NCBI GenBank assembly: GCA_035493135.1
Contig: DATJIR010000386.1
Span: 1 to 63,683 of the forward strand
DNA from: Verrucomicrobiia bacterium
Lineage (GTDB): Bacteria > Methylomirabilota > Methylomirabilia > Rokubacteriales > CSP1-6
Direction of reading: 5' to 3'
DNA length: 63,683 bases
Part shown: piece after piece, positions 38,025-47,354 of the stretch
Numbering within the stretch: the first letter of the stretch is position 1
Layout: each line of letters starts with the position of its first letter
The notes under the pieces: generated by a model
Databases searched by the model: none
What the model was told of the DNA's origin: nothing
The model's input: the letters and a program-made list of their open reading frames with translations, nothing else
Position numbers and translations under genes: made by a program

Positions 38025-39641
38025 ATGACGATCGGCCTCTCGAGACTCGCTCGGCTCGCGGCCACGGCCGCCGCGCTGCTCGCCACGATCGCGGTGCCGG
38101 CGCCTCCGGGGGGCGCCCAGGAGAAGCCCCGGACCGGCGGCATCCTGACCTGGTTCGACTACGGCGATCCCGGTCGTCTCGACGTCCACGCCGAGTCGCC
38201 CCTGGTCGTCCAGCAGGCGACCGCGGGCATCTACAGCGGGCTGCTCCAGTACGACCCCGACGAGCCCAGCAAGATCGTCGGCGACCTCGCCGAGCGCTGG
38301 ACCGCCTCGGCGGACGGCAAGACCTACACCTTCCACCTGAGGAAGGGCGTGAAGTGGCACGACGGGCAGCCCTTCAGCTCGGCCGACGTGAAGGCCTCGT
38401 TCGACCGCATGCTGAACCCGGACTTCAAGAGCCCCAAGTGCGGGGCCTCGCTCAAGCCGATGGTGGCGAGCGTGGAGGCGGTGGATCCGAGCACCGTCGA
38501 GTTCCGGCTGAAGTTCGCCGCGGCGCCCTTCCTGCCGTCCATCGCCTCGGCGTGGTGCCGGGTGGCGGCCAAGCACGTGCTGGCCAAGTACGGCGACCTC
38601 AACGCCCCCGAGGCCCAGATCGGCACCGGACCGTTCAAGTTCAAGAAGTACGAGCGGGGCAGCGTGATCGAGTGGGAGAGGAACCCGAGCTACTTCGTCC
38701 CCGGCCTGCCGTATCTCGATGGGGTCAAGCAGTTCATCCTGGTGAGTGGGCCCACCCAGCTCGCGGCGGCCAAGGCCTCGAAGATCATGCTGTGGGACGC
38801 GTGGCCGCCGATGCGGAAGACCCAGGCCGACGAGCTCGGCCGCGCGCGCACCGACGTCGACATCTACCAGGCGCCGATCAACACCGTGTTCTTCCTCTAC
38901 CTCAACGCCAAGAAGCCGCCCTTCGACAACCCGGACATGCGTCGCGCGGTCAACCTGGCCATCGATCGTCAGGAGCTGGTGGCCAAGTCGCTCGAGGGCG
39001 CGGGGGTGCCCTGCGCGATCCTCGATCCCAAGCTGGTCGGCGACTTCGCCCTGCCGCTCGACGAGGTGGCCAAGGCCCCCGGCTGCCGCCAGCCCAAGGA
39101 CGCCGACGTGGCCGAGGCGAAGCGACTCGTGGATAAGCACTATCCGGGCGGCCTCGACGTCGAGGTGGCGGTGCGCCAGGTCGGCAACTACGTCGACCGG
39201 GGCCAGCTCGTCATCGCCCAGCTTCGCAAGATCGGCATCCGCGGCACCATGAAGACCCACGAGAGCGCGGCCGGCTACGCGGCCTTCGGCAAGGGTGACT
39301 TCACGATCATCGCGACCCAGGACCGGTCGATGGACGTCAACGAGCCGAGCGGAGTCTTTCACATCGCCTACACCAGTCAGTCGGGCAGCAACTACGGCCA
39401 GTACTCGGATCCGAAGGTGGACGAGCTGACCGAGCGGGCGCTCAAGGAGACCAATCACGACAAGCGCAAGCAGGCCTACTGGGAGCTGCAGCGCTACCTC
39501 CTGACCAAGGGAGACCACGCCTCCATCGCGGTGGCCTGGGTGGAGGGCTGGTTCTTCAAGGACAAGAAGCTCCGCAACTACAAGCCCGGCCTCACCACCT
39601 ACGACAACAACACCTTCATGAAGGTGTGGATCGCCCAGTAG
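38025..39641 (+). CDS. ABC transporter substrate-binding protein, family 5
   Basis: 538 aa with a signal peptide (MTIGLSRLARLAATAAALLATIAVPAPPGGA) and a family-5 SBP-like body. Confidence 0.85.
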   Translation: MTIGLSRLARLAATAAALLATIAVPAPPGGAQEKPRTGGILTWFDYGDPGRLDVHAESPLVVQQATAGIYSGLLQYDPDEPSKIVGDLAERWTASADGKTYTFHLRKGVKWHDGQPFSSADVKASFDRMLNPDFKSPKCGASLKPMVASVEAVDPSTVEFRLKFAAAPFLPSIASAWCRVAAKHVLAKYGDLNAPEAQIGTGPFKFKKYERGSVIEWERNPSYFVPGLPYLDGVKQFILVSGPTQLAAAKASKIMLWDAWPPMRKTQADELGRARTDVDIYQAPINTVFFLYLNAKKPPFDNPDMRRAVNLAIDRQELVAKSLEGAGVPCAILDPKLVGDFALPLDEVAKAPGCRQPKDADVAEAKRLVDKHYPGGLDVEVAVRQVGNYVDRGQLVIAQLRKIGIRGTMKTHESAAGYAAFGKGDFTIIATQDRSMDVNEPSGVFHIAYTSQSGSNYGQYSDPKVDELTERALKETNHDKRKQAYWELQRYLLTKGDHASIAVAWVEGWFFKDKKLRNYKPGLTTYDNNTFMKVWIAQ

Positions 39642-39645
39642 CCCG

Positions 39646-40068
39646 GTGCCCATGACCTTCGACGATCCGCGGATCCAGGGCTACCTCGCCACCAAGGACA
39701 TCATGCTCCTCGGCACCATCAACCCCGACGGCGCCCCGCTCATCACCGTGATGTGGTTCCTCCACGATCCGGCCGGGATCACCCTGATCAGCGTGGACGG
39801 GTTGCAGAAGGTCCACAACCTCCGGCGGGACCCCCGGCTGCACCTGGTCGCGGAGAGCGGCGCGCGCGGCGATGACATCAAAGGGGTCGCGATGCGCGGC
39901 CGCGCCCAGTTCCTCGGAGACACGCCGGAGCGGCGGGCGCTCGCCACGGGCTTCCTCGACAAGTATCATCCGCACCTCGAGGCGTACTGGGGCGGGCGCG
40001 CGATGCCGGCGGACCGCGTGATGTTCCGCGTGGTGCCCCAGCAGGTGCGCACCTGGGGCCTCGGCTGA
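39646..40068 (+). CDS. Pyridoxamine 5'-phosphate oxidase-like (PPOX-class, probably F420/FMN-binding) protein
   Basis: About 140 aa with LGTINPDGAPLITVMWF and a split-barrel-like pattern. ATG 39652 is an alternative start. Confidence 0.65.
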   Translation: MPMTFDDPRIQGYLATKDIMLLGTINPDGAPLITVMWFLHDPAGITLISVDGLQKVHNLRRDPRLHLVAESGARGDDIKGVAMRGRAQFLGDTPERRALATGFLDKYHPHLEAYWGGRAMPADRVMFRVVPQQVRTWGLG

Positions 40069-40079
40069 CCGGTCGGGCG

Positions 40080-40526
40080 ATGCGCGCGCTCGTCGAGCGG
40101 GTGAGCGGCGCGCCGACCGATCGGCTGGCCGCGCTGCTGGCCGAGAGCGAGCAGCAGGGCTTCGGCTTCGTCCACCGCCTCGTGCGGGAGTGGGAGAGCG
40201 GGGTCAATCGCTTCGACCGCCCGGGCGAGGCGCTGTTCGTGGCGCGGGTGGGCGACGACGCGGTCGGGGTGTGCGGGTTGAGCGTCGATCCGTACGCGGA
40301 CGATCCGAAGGTCGGCCGGGTGCGGCACCTGTACGTCTTGGTCCGCCATCGGCGGAGCGGGATCGGCGAGCAGCTCGTGGCGGACGTGCTCGAGGCCGCG
40401 CGCGGCCGTTTCGAGCGGCTGCACCTGCGCACCACGAACCCCACCGCGGCGCGACTGTACGAGCGGCTCGGCTTCCGCCGGACGCCCGACGCGCGCGACC
40501 GCACCCACGGGCTCGATGTGGAGTGA
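40080..40526 (+). CDS. GNAT family N-acetyltransferase
   Basis: 148 aa with LYVLVRHRRSGIGEQLV (motif A, R-x-x-G-x-G). Confidence 0.75.
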   Translation: MRALVERVSGAPTDRLAALLAESEQQGFGFVHRLVREWESGVNRFDRPGEALFVARVGDDAVGVCGLSVDPYADDPKVGRVRHLYVLVRHRRSGIGEQLVADVLEAARGRFERLHLRTTNPTAARLYERLGFRRTPDARDRTHGLDVE

Positions 40527-41175
40527 CCCGCGGCGCACGGCCGTCCTCCGCGCCGCGGCCCTGATCGTGGTCACGCTCGCGGTGCTCGCCGCGCCGGCGG
40601 CCGCGCAGTGCCGCCCGGCGAGCGAGCGCACCGGGGAGGTGGGCTGCTGGATCATCGCCCGTGAGCCGCTCGGACCCCTCGCGGGGCCGGCCGTCTTCTG
40701 GCACCTCCACACCTTCGCGAGCCGCGCCGAGGCGGAGGCCGAGAAGGGGCCCCGGAGCACCGTCATCGAGGCGGTCGGCTTCGTCTGGCTCTCCACGGTC
40801 GGGGAGCCGGGCTGGCGCCCACGGCGCGGCATCCGGGTCGCGGAGATCGGCCCGCTCGCGGTCGAGCCGGGCCGGTCGTACACCGCCCAGTACCTGGAGG
40901 GGATCTTCGACCCGGGCATGACCACCGAGGTCCACTCCCATCCGGGACCGGAGGCGGTGTACACGACGGAGGGGGCCATCTGCTTCGAGACGCCGGACGG
41001 GACGGTGCGGGCCGGCGCCGGCGAGGCCGCCATCATGCCGGCCGGCCGTCTCCACACCCTGACCGCCACCGGCACCGCGCGGCGCCGCTCGCTCGCGGTG
41101 GTCGTGCACGAGAGCGATCGGCCGTGGCGGCTTCCGTCGTCGGACTGGTCGACCGTGGGCCGGTGCAAGCCGTGA
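40516..41175 (+). CDS. Secreted cupin-domain protein
   Basis: Signal peptide ending AAPAAA, and a cupin-like HSHPGPEAVYTTEG...MPAGRLHT. It overlaps the GNAT gene by 11 nt. Confidence 0.55.
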   Translation: MWSDPRRTAVLRAAALIVVTLAVLAAPAAAQCRPASERTGEVGCWIIAREPLGPLAGPAVFWHLHTFASRAEAEAEKGPRSTVIEAVGFVWLSTVGEPGWRPRRGIRVAEIGPLAVEPGRSYTAQYLEGIFDPGMTTEVHSHPGPEAVYTTEGAICFETPDGTVRAGAGEAAIMPAGRLHTLTATGTARRRSLAVVVHESDRPWRLPSSDWSTVGRCKP

Positions 41176-41185
41176 GGGCGTCGCG

Positions 41186-41542
41186 ATGACCCCGGCGGCG
41201 CTGCTCGAGCGCACCTACGCCGCCTTCAACGCCCGCGACATCGACGGGGCGCTGGCCGCGATGCACCCCGACGTGGACTGGCCCAACGGCATGGAGGGCG
41301 GCCGCGTGCAGGGCCACCACGCGGTCCGCGAGTACTGGACCCGGCAGTGGGGACTGATCGATCCGCGCGTGGAGCCGCGGGCCTTCACCACCGAGGCCGA
41401 CGGCCGGATCGCGGTGGACGTGCGCCAGGTCGTCCGCGACCGGGCCGGCGCGCTCCTCAAGGACGAGATGGTGCAGCACGTCTACCGGCTCGAGGCCGGC
41501 CTGGTCCGCGCGATGGAGATCCGTCCCGCGCCCCGCGGCTGA
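41186..41542 (+). CDS. NTF2/SnoaL-like (ketosteroid-isomerase-like) protein
   Basis: 118 aa, opening LLERTYAAFNARDIDGALAAMHPDVDW. Confidence 0.6.
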   Translation: MTPAALLERTYAAFNARDIDGALAAMHPDVDWPNGMEGGRVQGHHAVREYWTRQWGLIDPRVEPRAFTTEADGRIAVDVRQVVRDRAGALLKDEMVQHVYRLEAGLVRAMEIRPAPRG

Positions 41543-41551
41543 TCCGCGGGC

Positions 41552-42274
41552 TCACCCGCGGATCACCAGCACCAGCCCCGAGAGGAAGAGGACCCCGAAC
41601 ACCACGCGGCGGAAGCGCTCCCGGTCCAGGCGGGCGAACAGCAGCATGCCCCCCGCGAGCCCGGCCACCGCGGGCAGGGCGTAGAGCCAGGTCAGGCGCC
41701 AGATCTCCCGGTCCAGCAGCCCGGCCCACCAGTAACCGAGCAGGATCACGGCCTGGTTGATCATCAGGAACGCCTGGATGTTGGCCTTCACGGTGCGCGC
41801 GCTCCAGCCTTGGGCCGCCGCGTAGAGGATCACCGGCGGTCCCGGGGTGCCGATCGCGCCGCCCAGCAGCCCCGCGGCGAGGCCCGCCCCGAAGCCCCAC
41901 CCGCGGCCCTCCAGGCGCTCCGGGTAGAGGCCGCGCCACTCGAGCGCCACGATCACGAGGAGCACCAGGCCGATCAGCCGCTTGAGGAGCTCGGCGGGGA
42001 GGGCGGCCAGCAGCCAGATCCCGGCCGGGGTCGCCAGCACGCTGCCCACCACGAGCTCGATCATGCCGGCCCGCCGGAAGTCGCGGCGGAGCGGGATGAA
42101 GATGACCACGATGAACGCGGCCGCGAAGAGCGTGATCAGCACCACCGCCTGTTGCGGCGACATGAGGAAGGGCAGGAAGGCGAGCGAGACCAGCCCGATG
42201 CCGAAGCCGGCCAGCCCCTGAACGAACGAGGCCGCCGCGATGACGAGCGCGCCGACCGCCCACGCGAGCGACAA
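41552..42274 (-). CDS. TauE/SafE family sulfite/anion exporter
   Basis: About 240 aa and 7-8 TM, with FVQGLAGFGIGLVSLAFL and GLLGGAIGTPGPPVILY. A TTG start at 42274 is proposed, and the start is uncertain. Confidence 0.65.
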   Translation of the reverse strand: MSLAWAVGALVIAAASFVQGLAGFGIGLVSLAFLPFLMSPQQAVVLITLFAAAFIVVIFIPLRRDFRRAGMIELVVGSVLATPAGIWLLAALPAELLKRLIGLVLLVIVALEWRGLYPERLEGRGWGFGAGLAAGLLGGAIGTPGPPVILYAAAQGWSARTVKANIQAFLMINQAVILLGYWWAGLLDREIWRLTWLYALPAVAGLAGGMLLFARLDRERFRRVVFGVLFLSGLVLVIRG

Positions 42275-42285
42275 CGGGGACGGGC

Positions 42286-43830
42286 CTAGAACTTGGTCGG
42301 CCAGCCGGCGAGCCGATGCCGGCCGATGGCGGTCCGCGTGCGCGCCTGGGCGAGGAAGCGGATGACGAGGTCGCGGGTGTCGGCGGGATCGATCACGTCG
42401 TGGACGAGGTGCCGCGCCGCCGCGCCGTAGGGCAGGGTGTCGAGCTCCCACTGGGCGAGGAGGGCCTGGCGGCGCGCCGCGCGCTCGTCGGCGGGCAGAC
42501 GGGCGAGCTCCGCCCCGTGGACGACGTTCACGCCGGTGGCCGGATCCATGAACGACATCTCGGCGGTGGGCCACGCGAGCAGCAGGTCCGCGTAGCCTCC
42601 GCCGCCCATGTTGAAGTAGGCCTGGCCGTAGGTCTTGCGCACGACGATCGACACCCGCGGCACCGAGACCATGCCGAGGGCCTCCATCCAGGTGATGATC
42701 TTGGCCGCCACCCGCCGGCGCTCGGCGTCGCGACCGATGAAGAAGCCGGGGATGTCGTGGAGGAAGACGAGCGGGATGTTGAAGGAGTCGCAGAGGGCCA
42801 GGAACGACGTCGCCTTGTCGCACCCGTCGGCGTCGCACGCGCCGCCCTTCTGGATCGGCTGGTTCGCGACGAAGCCGACGACGTGGCCGCCCATGCGCGC
42901 CAGCGCGGTGACGACGCTCCGGCCGAAGCGCTCCTTGACCTGGAAGATCTCGCCGCCGTCGGCCAGGCGCCGCAGGACGCCGGTCATGTCGTAGGCGCGG
43001 TTGCGCGCCTCGGGCACCAGGTCGGCGATCGTGCCCATCTCCGCGCCCGAGCCCTCCGGCACCTCCGCCGCGGGCGGCGCCTGCCGGTGGTGCGAGGGCA
43101 GGTAGGAGAGGAAGCGGCGGACGAGCGCGAGACACTCGTCCTCGGTCCGGCCCGCCGCGTCCGCGAGGCCGGTCTCCTCGGTGTGGAGCTTCACGCCGCC
43201 GAGCTCCTCGGGCGAGATCTTCTCGCCGGTGGCCAGCTCCAGCACCCGCGGTCCGGACACCGCCATCGAGGCGCCCTCCAGCATCACGACGAAGTCGGAG
43301 AGGCACGCGTTCCAGGTGGGCAGCCCGTAGGCCTGGCCGAGCACCGCGGTCACCATCGGCACGCGCCGGCGCCGCGTGCCGTAGTAGGTGGAGTGGCCGA
43401 AGGAGGCGATGCCCGCCGAGCCCATGATGTCGGGCATGCGCGCGCCGCCCGCCTCGGCCAGGTAGACGATCGGCAGCCCGCGCCGCGCGGCGAGGCGCTT
43501 GAGCTCCGCCTCCTTGTGCGAGGCCACCCGGCTCGAGGTCGCCGCGAGCACCGTGAAGTCGTTGGAGCACACGACCACCGCGCGGCCGTCGATGCGGCCG
43601 AAGCCGCCGACCTTGGAGTCGGCCGGCGTCTCGGCCTCCATGCCCGGCACGTCGGAGGTGTTGAAGGTGCCGATCTCCAGGAACGAGCCGGCGTCGAGCA
43701 GGCGCTCGACCCGCTCCCGCGCGTTCAGCGCGCCCGCGGCCCGACGGCGCGCCAGCCGCTCGGGTCCGCCCATGCCGCGCGCCTTCGCGCGTCGGGCATG
43801 AAAGTCCTTCATCCGCTCGTCCCAGGCCAT
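42286..43830 (-). CDS. Acyl-CoA carboxylase carboxyltransferase (beta) subunit
   Basis: 514 aa from ATG 43830. Carboxyl_trans features are present: RERVERLLDAGSFLEIG, the GGARMPD region and FLHDIPGFFIG. Confidence 0.8.
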   Translation of the reverse strand: MAWDERMKDFHARRAKARGMGGPERLARRRAAGALNARERVERLLDAGSFLEIGTFNTSDVPGMEAETPADSKVGGFGRIDGRAVVVCSNDFTVLAATSSRVASHKEAELKRLAARRGLPIVYLAEAGGARMPDIMGSAGIASFGHSTYYGTRRRRVPMVTAVLGQAYGLPTWNACLSDFVVMLEGASMAVSGPRVLELATGEKISPEELGGVKLHTEETGLADAAGRTEDECLALVRRFLSYLPSHHRQAPPAAEVPEGSGAEMGTIADLVPEARNRAYDMTGVLRRLADGGEIFQVKERFGRSVVTALARMGGHVVGFVANQPIQKGGACDADGCDKATSFLALCDSFNIPLVFLHDIPGFFIGRDAERRRVAAKIITWMEALGMVSVPRVSIVVRKTYGQAYFNMGGGGYADLLLAWPTAEMSFMDPATGVNVVHGAELARLPADERAARRQALLAQWELDTLPYGAAARHLVHDVIDPADTRDLVIRFLAQARTRTAIGRHRLAGWPTKF

Positions 43831-43912
43831 GGCGGGGCATTGTAGCAGCCCGAGCGCTTGGGTACACTGCGGGGGCACGATTCCACCCACGCCCGATCGG
43901 AGGCCGCGCGCA

Positions 43913-45493
43913 ATGAAGCACCACCAGGTCTACCGCACCGAGCTCACGCCGGTGAGCTTCCTCGTCCGCACCGCCTACGTCTTTCCCGACAAGACCGCGG
44001 TGGTGCACGGCAAGCGACGGTACACCTACCGACAGCTCGGGGAGCGCGTGAACCGGCTCGCCTCCGCGCTGCGCGGGGCCGGCATGCAAAAGCACGACCG
44101 GGTGGCGTTCCTCTGCCCCAACATCCCCGCGATGCTGGAGGCGCACTACGGGGTGCCCGCGGCGGGCGGCGTGCTGGTGGCGATCAACACGCGCCTGTCT
44201 TCCGAGGAGATCGGCTACATCCTGCAGCACTCGGGATCGAAGTTCCTGTTCGTCGACGCGGAGCTCGAAGGGCTGATCAAGCCGCTCGGCCTCGACGGGG
44301 TCCGCGTGGTGCGGGTCGACGACACCGGCGCGGCCGACGATCCCTACGAGGACTTCCTCGCCGGCGGGTCGCCGGCGCCGGTCGAGAGCTGGCTCGAGGA
44401 CGAGGAGGAGACGATCGCGATCAACTACACCTCCGGCACCACCGGCCGGCCCAAGGGCGTCATGTACTCGCACCGCGGGGTGTGGGTGAATGCGGTCGGC
44501 GAGATCGTCGAGACCGCGATGAGCTTCGACACCCGGTACCTCTGGACGCTCCCGATGTTCCACTGCAACGGCTGGTGCTTCACCTGGGCGGTGACCGCGG
44601 TGGCCGGGACGCACGTCTGCCTCCGCAAGGTCGAGCCCGGCCGGATCTGGGAGCTGATCGACGCCGAGGGTATCACCCACTTCAACGGAGCGCCCACCGT
44701 GCAGATCGGGGTGGTGAACGACCCGAAGGCGCACCGGCTGGCGCGTCCGGTGACGGTGACGGTGGCCGGCGCCCCGCCCTCGCCGACCCTGCTCGGCAAG
44801 CTCAAGGAGCTCGGCTTCAGGCCGGTGCACGTCTACGGCCTCACCGAGACCTACGGGCCGCACACCGTCTGCGGATGGAACGCGGACTGGGACGCGTTGC
44901 CCGCCGAGCAGCAGGCGGGCCTGGCCGCGCGCCAGGGCCAGGGCTACGCCCTCTTCGACCTGGTCCGGGTGGTGGACGGGGAGATGAACGACGTGCCCCG
45001 CGACGGCGAGACTCTGGGCGAGGTGGTGATGGTCGGCAACAACGTGGCCAAGGGCTACTACGAGCAGCCGGACGCGACCGCGGAGGCGTTCCGCGGCGGC
45101 TGGTTCCACTCGGGCGACATCGGGGTCTGGCACCCCGACGGCTACATCGAGCTGCGCGACCGCAAGAAGGACATCATCATCTCGGGGGGCGAGAACATCT
45201 CCACCATCGAGGTCGAGCAGTGCGTGGCCCGCCACCCCGCGGTGATGGAGTGCGCGGTCGTGGCCATCCCGGATGAGAAGTGGGGCGAGCGGCCCAAGGC
45301 CTTCGTCACGCTCAAGCCGGGCCAGTCCGCGACCGAGCAGGAGATCATCGACTTCTGCAAGCGGCACATCGCGGGCTTCAAGGCGCCCGCCGCGGTGGAC
45401 TTCGGCGAGCTGCCCAAGACCTCCACCGGCAAGATCCAGAAGTTCGTGCTACGCGACCGGGAGTGGAAGGGGAAGGCGAAGCGGATCAACTAG
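43913..45493 (+). CDS. AMP-forming acyl-CoA synthetase (medium-chain fatty-acid CoA ligase-like)
   Basis: 526 aa with the AMP-binding motif INYTSGTTGRPKGV, plus GWFHSGDIG and PKTSTGKIQK. ATG 43913 is preceded by a GGAGG RBS. Confidence 0.85.
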   Translation: MKHHQVYRTELTPVSFLVRTAYVFPDKTAVVHGKRRYTYRQLGERVNRLASALRGAGMQKHDRVAFLCPNIPAMLEAHYGVPAAGGVLVAINTRLSSEEIGYILQHSGSKFLFVDAELEGLIKPLGLDGVRVVRVDDTGAADDPYEDFLAGGSPAPVESWLEDEEETIAINYTSGTTGRPKGVMYSHRGVWVNAVGEIVETAMSFDTRYLWTLPMFHCNGWCFTWAVTAVAGTHVCLRKVEPGRIWELIDAEGITHFNGAPTVQIGVVNDPKAHRLARPVTVTVAGAPPSPTLLGKLKELGFRPVHVYGLTETYGPHTVCGWNADWDALPAEQQAGLAARQGQGYALFDLVRVVDGEMNDVPRDGETLGEVVMVGNNVAKGYYEQPDATAEAFRGGWFHSGDIGVWHPDGYIELRDRKKDIIISGGENISTIEVEQCVARHPAVMECAVVAIPDEKWGERPKAFVTLKPGQSATEQEIIDFCKRHIAGFKAPAAVDFGELPKTSTGKIQKFVLRDREWKGKAKRIN

Positions 45494-45496
45494 CCG

Positions 45497-46504
45497 ATGC
45501 GCGTCGGGGTCCTCGACCAGTCGCCGGTGCGCAGCGGAGGGACTCCCGCCGACGCGATCCACGAGACCCTCGAGCTGGCGCGGGCCGCGGACCGCTGGGG
45601 CTATCATCGCTACTGGCTCGCCGAGCACCACTCCACCCCCGGCCTGGCCGGGGCGAGCCCCGAGGTGCTGATCACCCAGGTGGCCTCGGTGACGAGCCGC
45701 ATCCGGGTCGGCTCGGGCGGCGTCATGCTGCCCCACTACAGCGCGCTCAAGGTGGCCGAGCAGTTCCGCATGCTCGAGACGCTCTTCCCCGGGCGCATCG
45801 ACCTCGGCATCGGGCGCGCGCCGGGCAGCGATCAGCGGACCGCCCGTGTGCTGCGCCACGGCCCCGGCGCGCTCGGCATCGAGCACTACCCCCGGCAGAT
45901 CCAGGACCTGGCCGCGTTCCTCCACGACGACCTGCCCACCGAGCACCCCTGGCGTGGCATCCACGCCATGCCGGCCGGGCCGAGCGTGCCGGAGCTGTGG
46001 CTGCTGGGCTCGAGCGACGAGAGCGCGCTGCTGGCCGCCCAGCTCGGCCACGCCTTCTGCTTCGCGCACTTCATCAACGCGGAGGGCGGGGCGGAGGTCA
46101 CCCGCGCCTACCGAGACCGGTTCTGCCCGTCCCCGGACCTGGCCGCCCCGCGCAGCAGCGTGGCGGTGTTCGCGGTGTGCGCGGAGACCGAAGGCGAGGC
46201 GCGGCGGCTCGCGCGGAGCCGGGATCTCTTCATCGTGCGCCTCTATACCGGCCGACCCGCCCCGTACCCTTCGGTGGAGGAGGCGGAGCGCTACCCGTAC
46301 AACGCCCAGGAGATGGCGATCGCCCAGCACGCGGCGCGGCGCAGCGTGGTGGGCACGCCCGAGCAGGTGCGGGAGCGGCTCCTCGGCATGGCCGCCGACT
46401 ACCAGGCCGACGAGCTGATCGTGGTGACGATCACCCACGACTTCAAGGCGCGCCTGCGGTCCTACGAATTGCTCGCCGGGGCGTTCGATCTCACGCGGCA
46501 GTAG
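45497..46504 (+). CDS. LLM-class flavin-dependent oxidoreductase (luciferase-like)
   Basis: 335 aa with GYHRYWLAEHH and RIRVGSGGVMLPHYS, typical of the YhbW-like LLM group. Confidence 0.75.
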   Translation: MRVGVLDQSPVRSGGTPADAIHETLELARAADRWGYHRYWLAEHHSTPGLAGASPEVLITQVASVTSRIRVGSGGVMLPHYSALKVAEQFRMLETLFPGRIDLGIGRAPGSDQRTARVLRHGPGALGIEHYPRQIQDLAAFLHDDLPTEHPWRGIHAMPAGPSVPELWLLGSSDESALLAAQLGHAFCFAHFINAEGGAEVTRAYRDRFCPSPDLAAPRSSVAVFAVCAETEGEARRLARSRDLFIVRLYTGRPAPYPSVEEAERYPYNAQEMAIAQHAARRSVVGTPEQVRERLLGMAADYQADELIVVTITHDFKARLRSYELLAGAFDLTRQ

Positions 46505-46546
46505 GCGGCCCCGCTGACGGCGGGCGGCCGCCAGAAGGAGAACACC

Positions 46547-47350
46547 ATGACCACGCGCCTGTCGCTGCACACCTGGACGCTCGACACCACCCCCCTCGCG
46601 GAGGCGCTCGCCGTCATGAAGCAGACGGGCTGGGACGCGGTCGAGCTACGCCGCCTCGACTTCGAGCGCGCGGCCCAGGCCGGCCAGTCCGCCGACCAGG
46701 TGATCGACCTGGTGCGCGCCTCGGGCCTGCCGGTGGCGTGCGTGGGCGTGGAGCTCGGCTGGATCTGGGCCGCCGGAGAGGAGCGGGCGCGGCTGCTGCG
46801 GGTATTCGCCGAGCAGAGTGCCCGCGCGAGGACGCTCGGCTGTCCCACCGTGATGAGCCCGGTGGATCGGGGCCGAGGCGACCTCACCCGGGCCGCCGAG
46901 AGCCTGCGGGAGGTCGGCGACATCGCGCGCGCGCACGGGGTGCGTCTGGCGGTGGAGTTCAACTCCCAGGCCGAGCAGCTCAACGCCCTCGGTCCGATGC
47001 GCGAGCTGGTCACCCGCGCCGGGCATCCGAGCGTGGGGCTTCTCCTCGATACCTATCATCTGGGCCGCACCGGGGCCTCCCCGCGCGACGTCGAGGACGT
47101 GCGGCCCGAAGAGATCGCCTACGTGCAGTACAGCGACGTGCCCCGCGCCGGTCTCGAGCCCGGCAAGGCGCTGGACCGGCTGCCTCCCGGGCAGGGCTCG
47201 GTGCCGTTCAAGGAGTTCTTCGGGGTCTTCGCGGCCAAGGACTACCGCGGGTACCTGAGCTACGAGGCGCCCAATCCCGCCGCGTGGAAGCGCCCGGCTG
47301 CAGCCGTCGCGCGCGAGGCGCTCGAGGCGACGCGGGCGGTCCTGCCCTAG
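46547..47350 (+). CDS. Sugar phosphate isomerase/epimerase (xylose-isomerase-like TIM barrel)
   Basis: 267 aa with a GAAGGAG RBS and an AP-endonuclease-2/TIM-barrel-like pattern (LAVEFN, LLDTYH). Confidence 0.65.
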   Translation: MTTRLSLHTWTLDTTPLAEALAVMKQTGWDAVELRRLDFERAAQAGQSADQVIDLVRASGLPVACVGVELGWIWAAGEERARLLRVFAEQSARARTLGCPTVMSPVDRGRGDLTRAAESLREVGDIARAHGVRLAVEFNSQAEQLNALGPMRELVTRAGHPSVGLLLDTYHLGRTGASPRDVEDVRPEEIAYVQYSDVPRAGLEPGKALDRLPPGQGSVPFKEFFGVFAAKDYRGYLSYEAPNPAAWKRPAAAVAREALEATRAVLP

Positions 47351-47354
47351 GGCT

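Noticed and set aside
41552-45367. A 1271-aa minus-strand ORF spanning the TauE, carboxyltransferase and acyl-CoA synthetase region.
   Set aside because: Only its last 241 or so codons (the TauE/SafE membrane protein) look coding. The rest is out of frame with the carboxyltransferase and antisense to the synthetase, and translates to Arg/Gly/Pro-rich nonsense.
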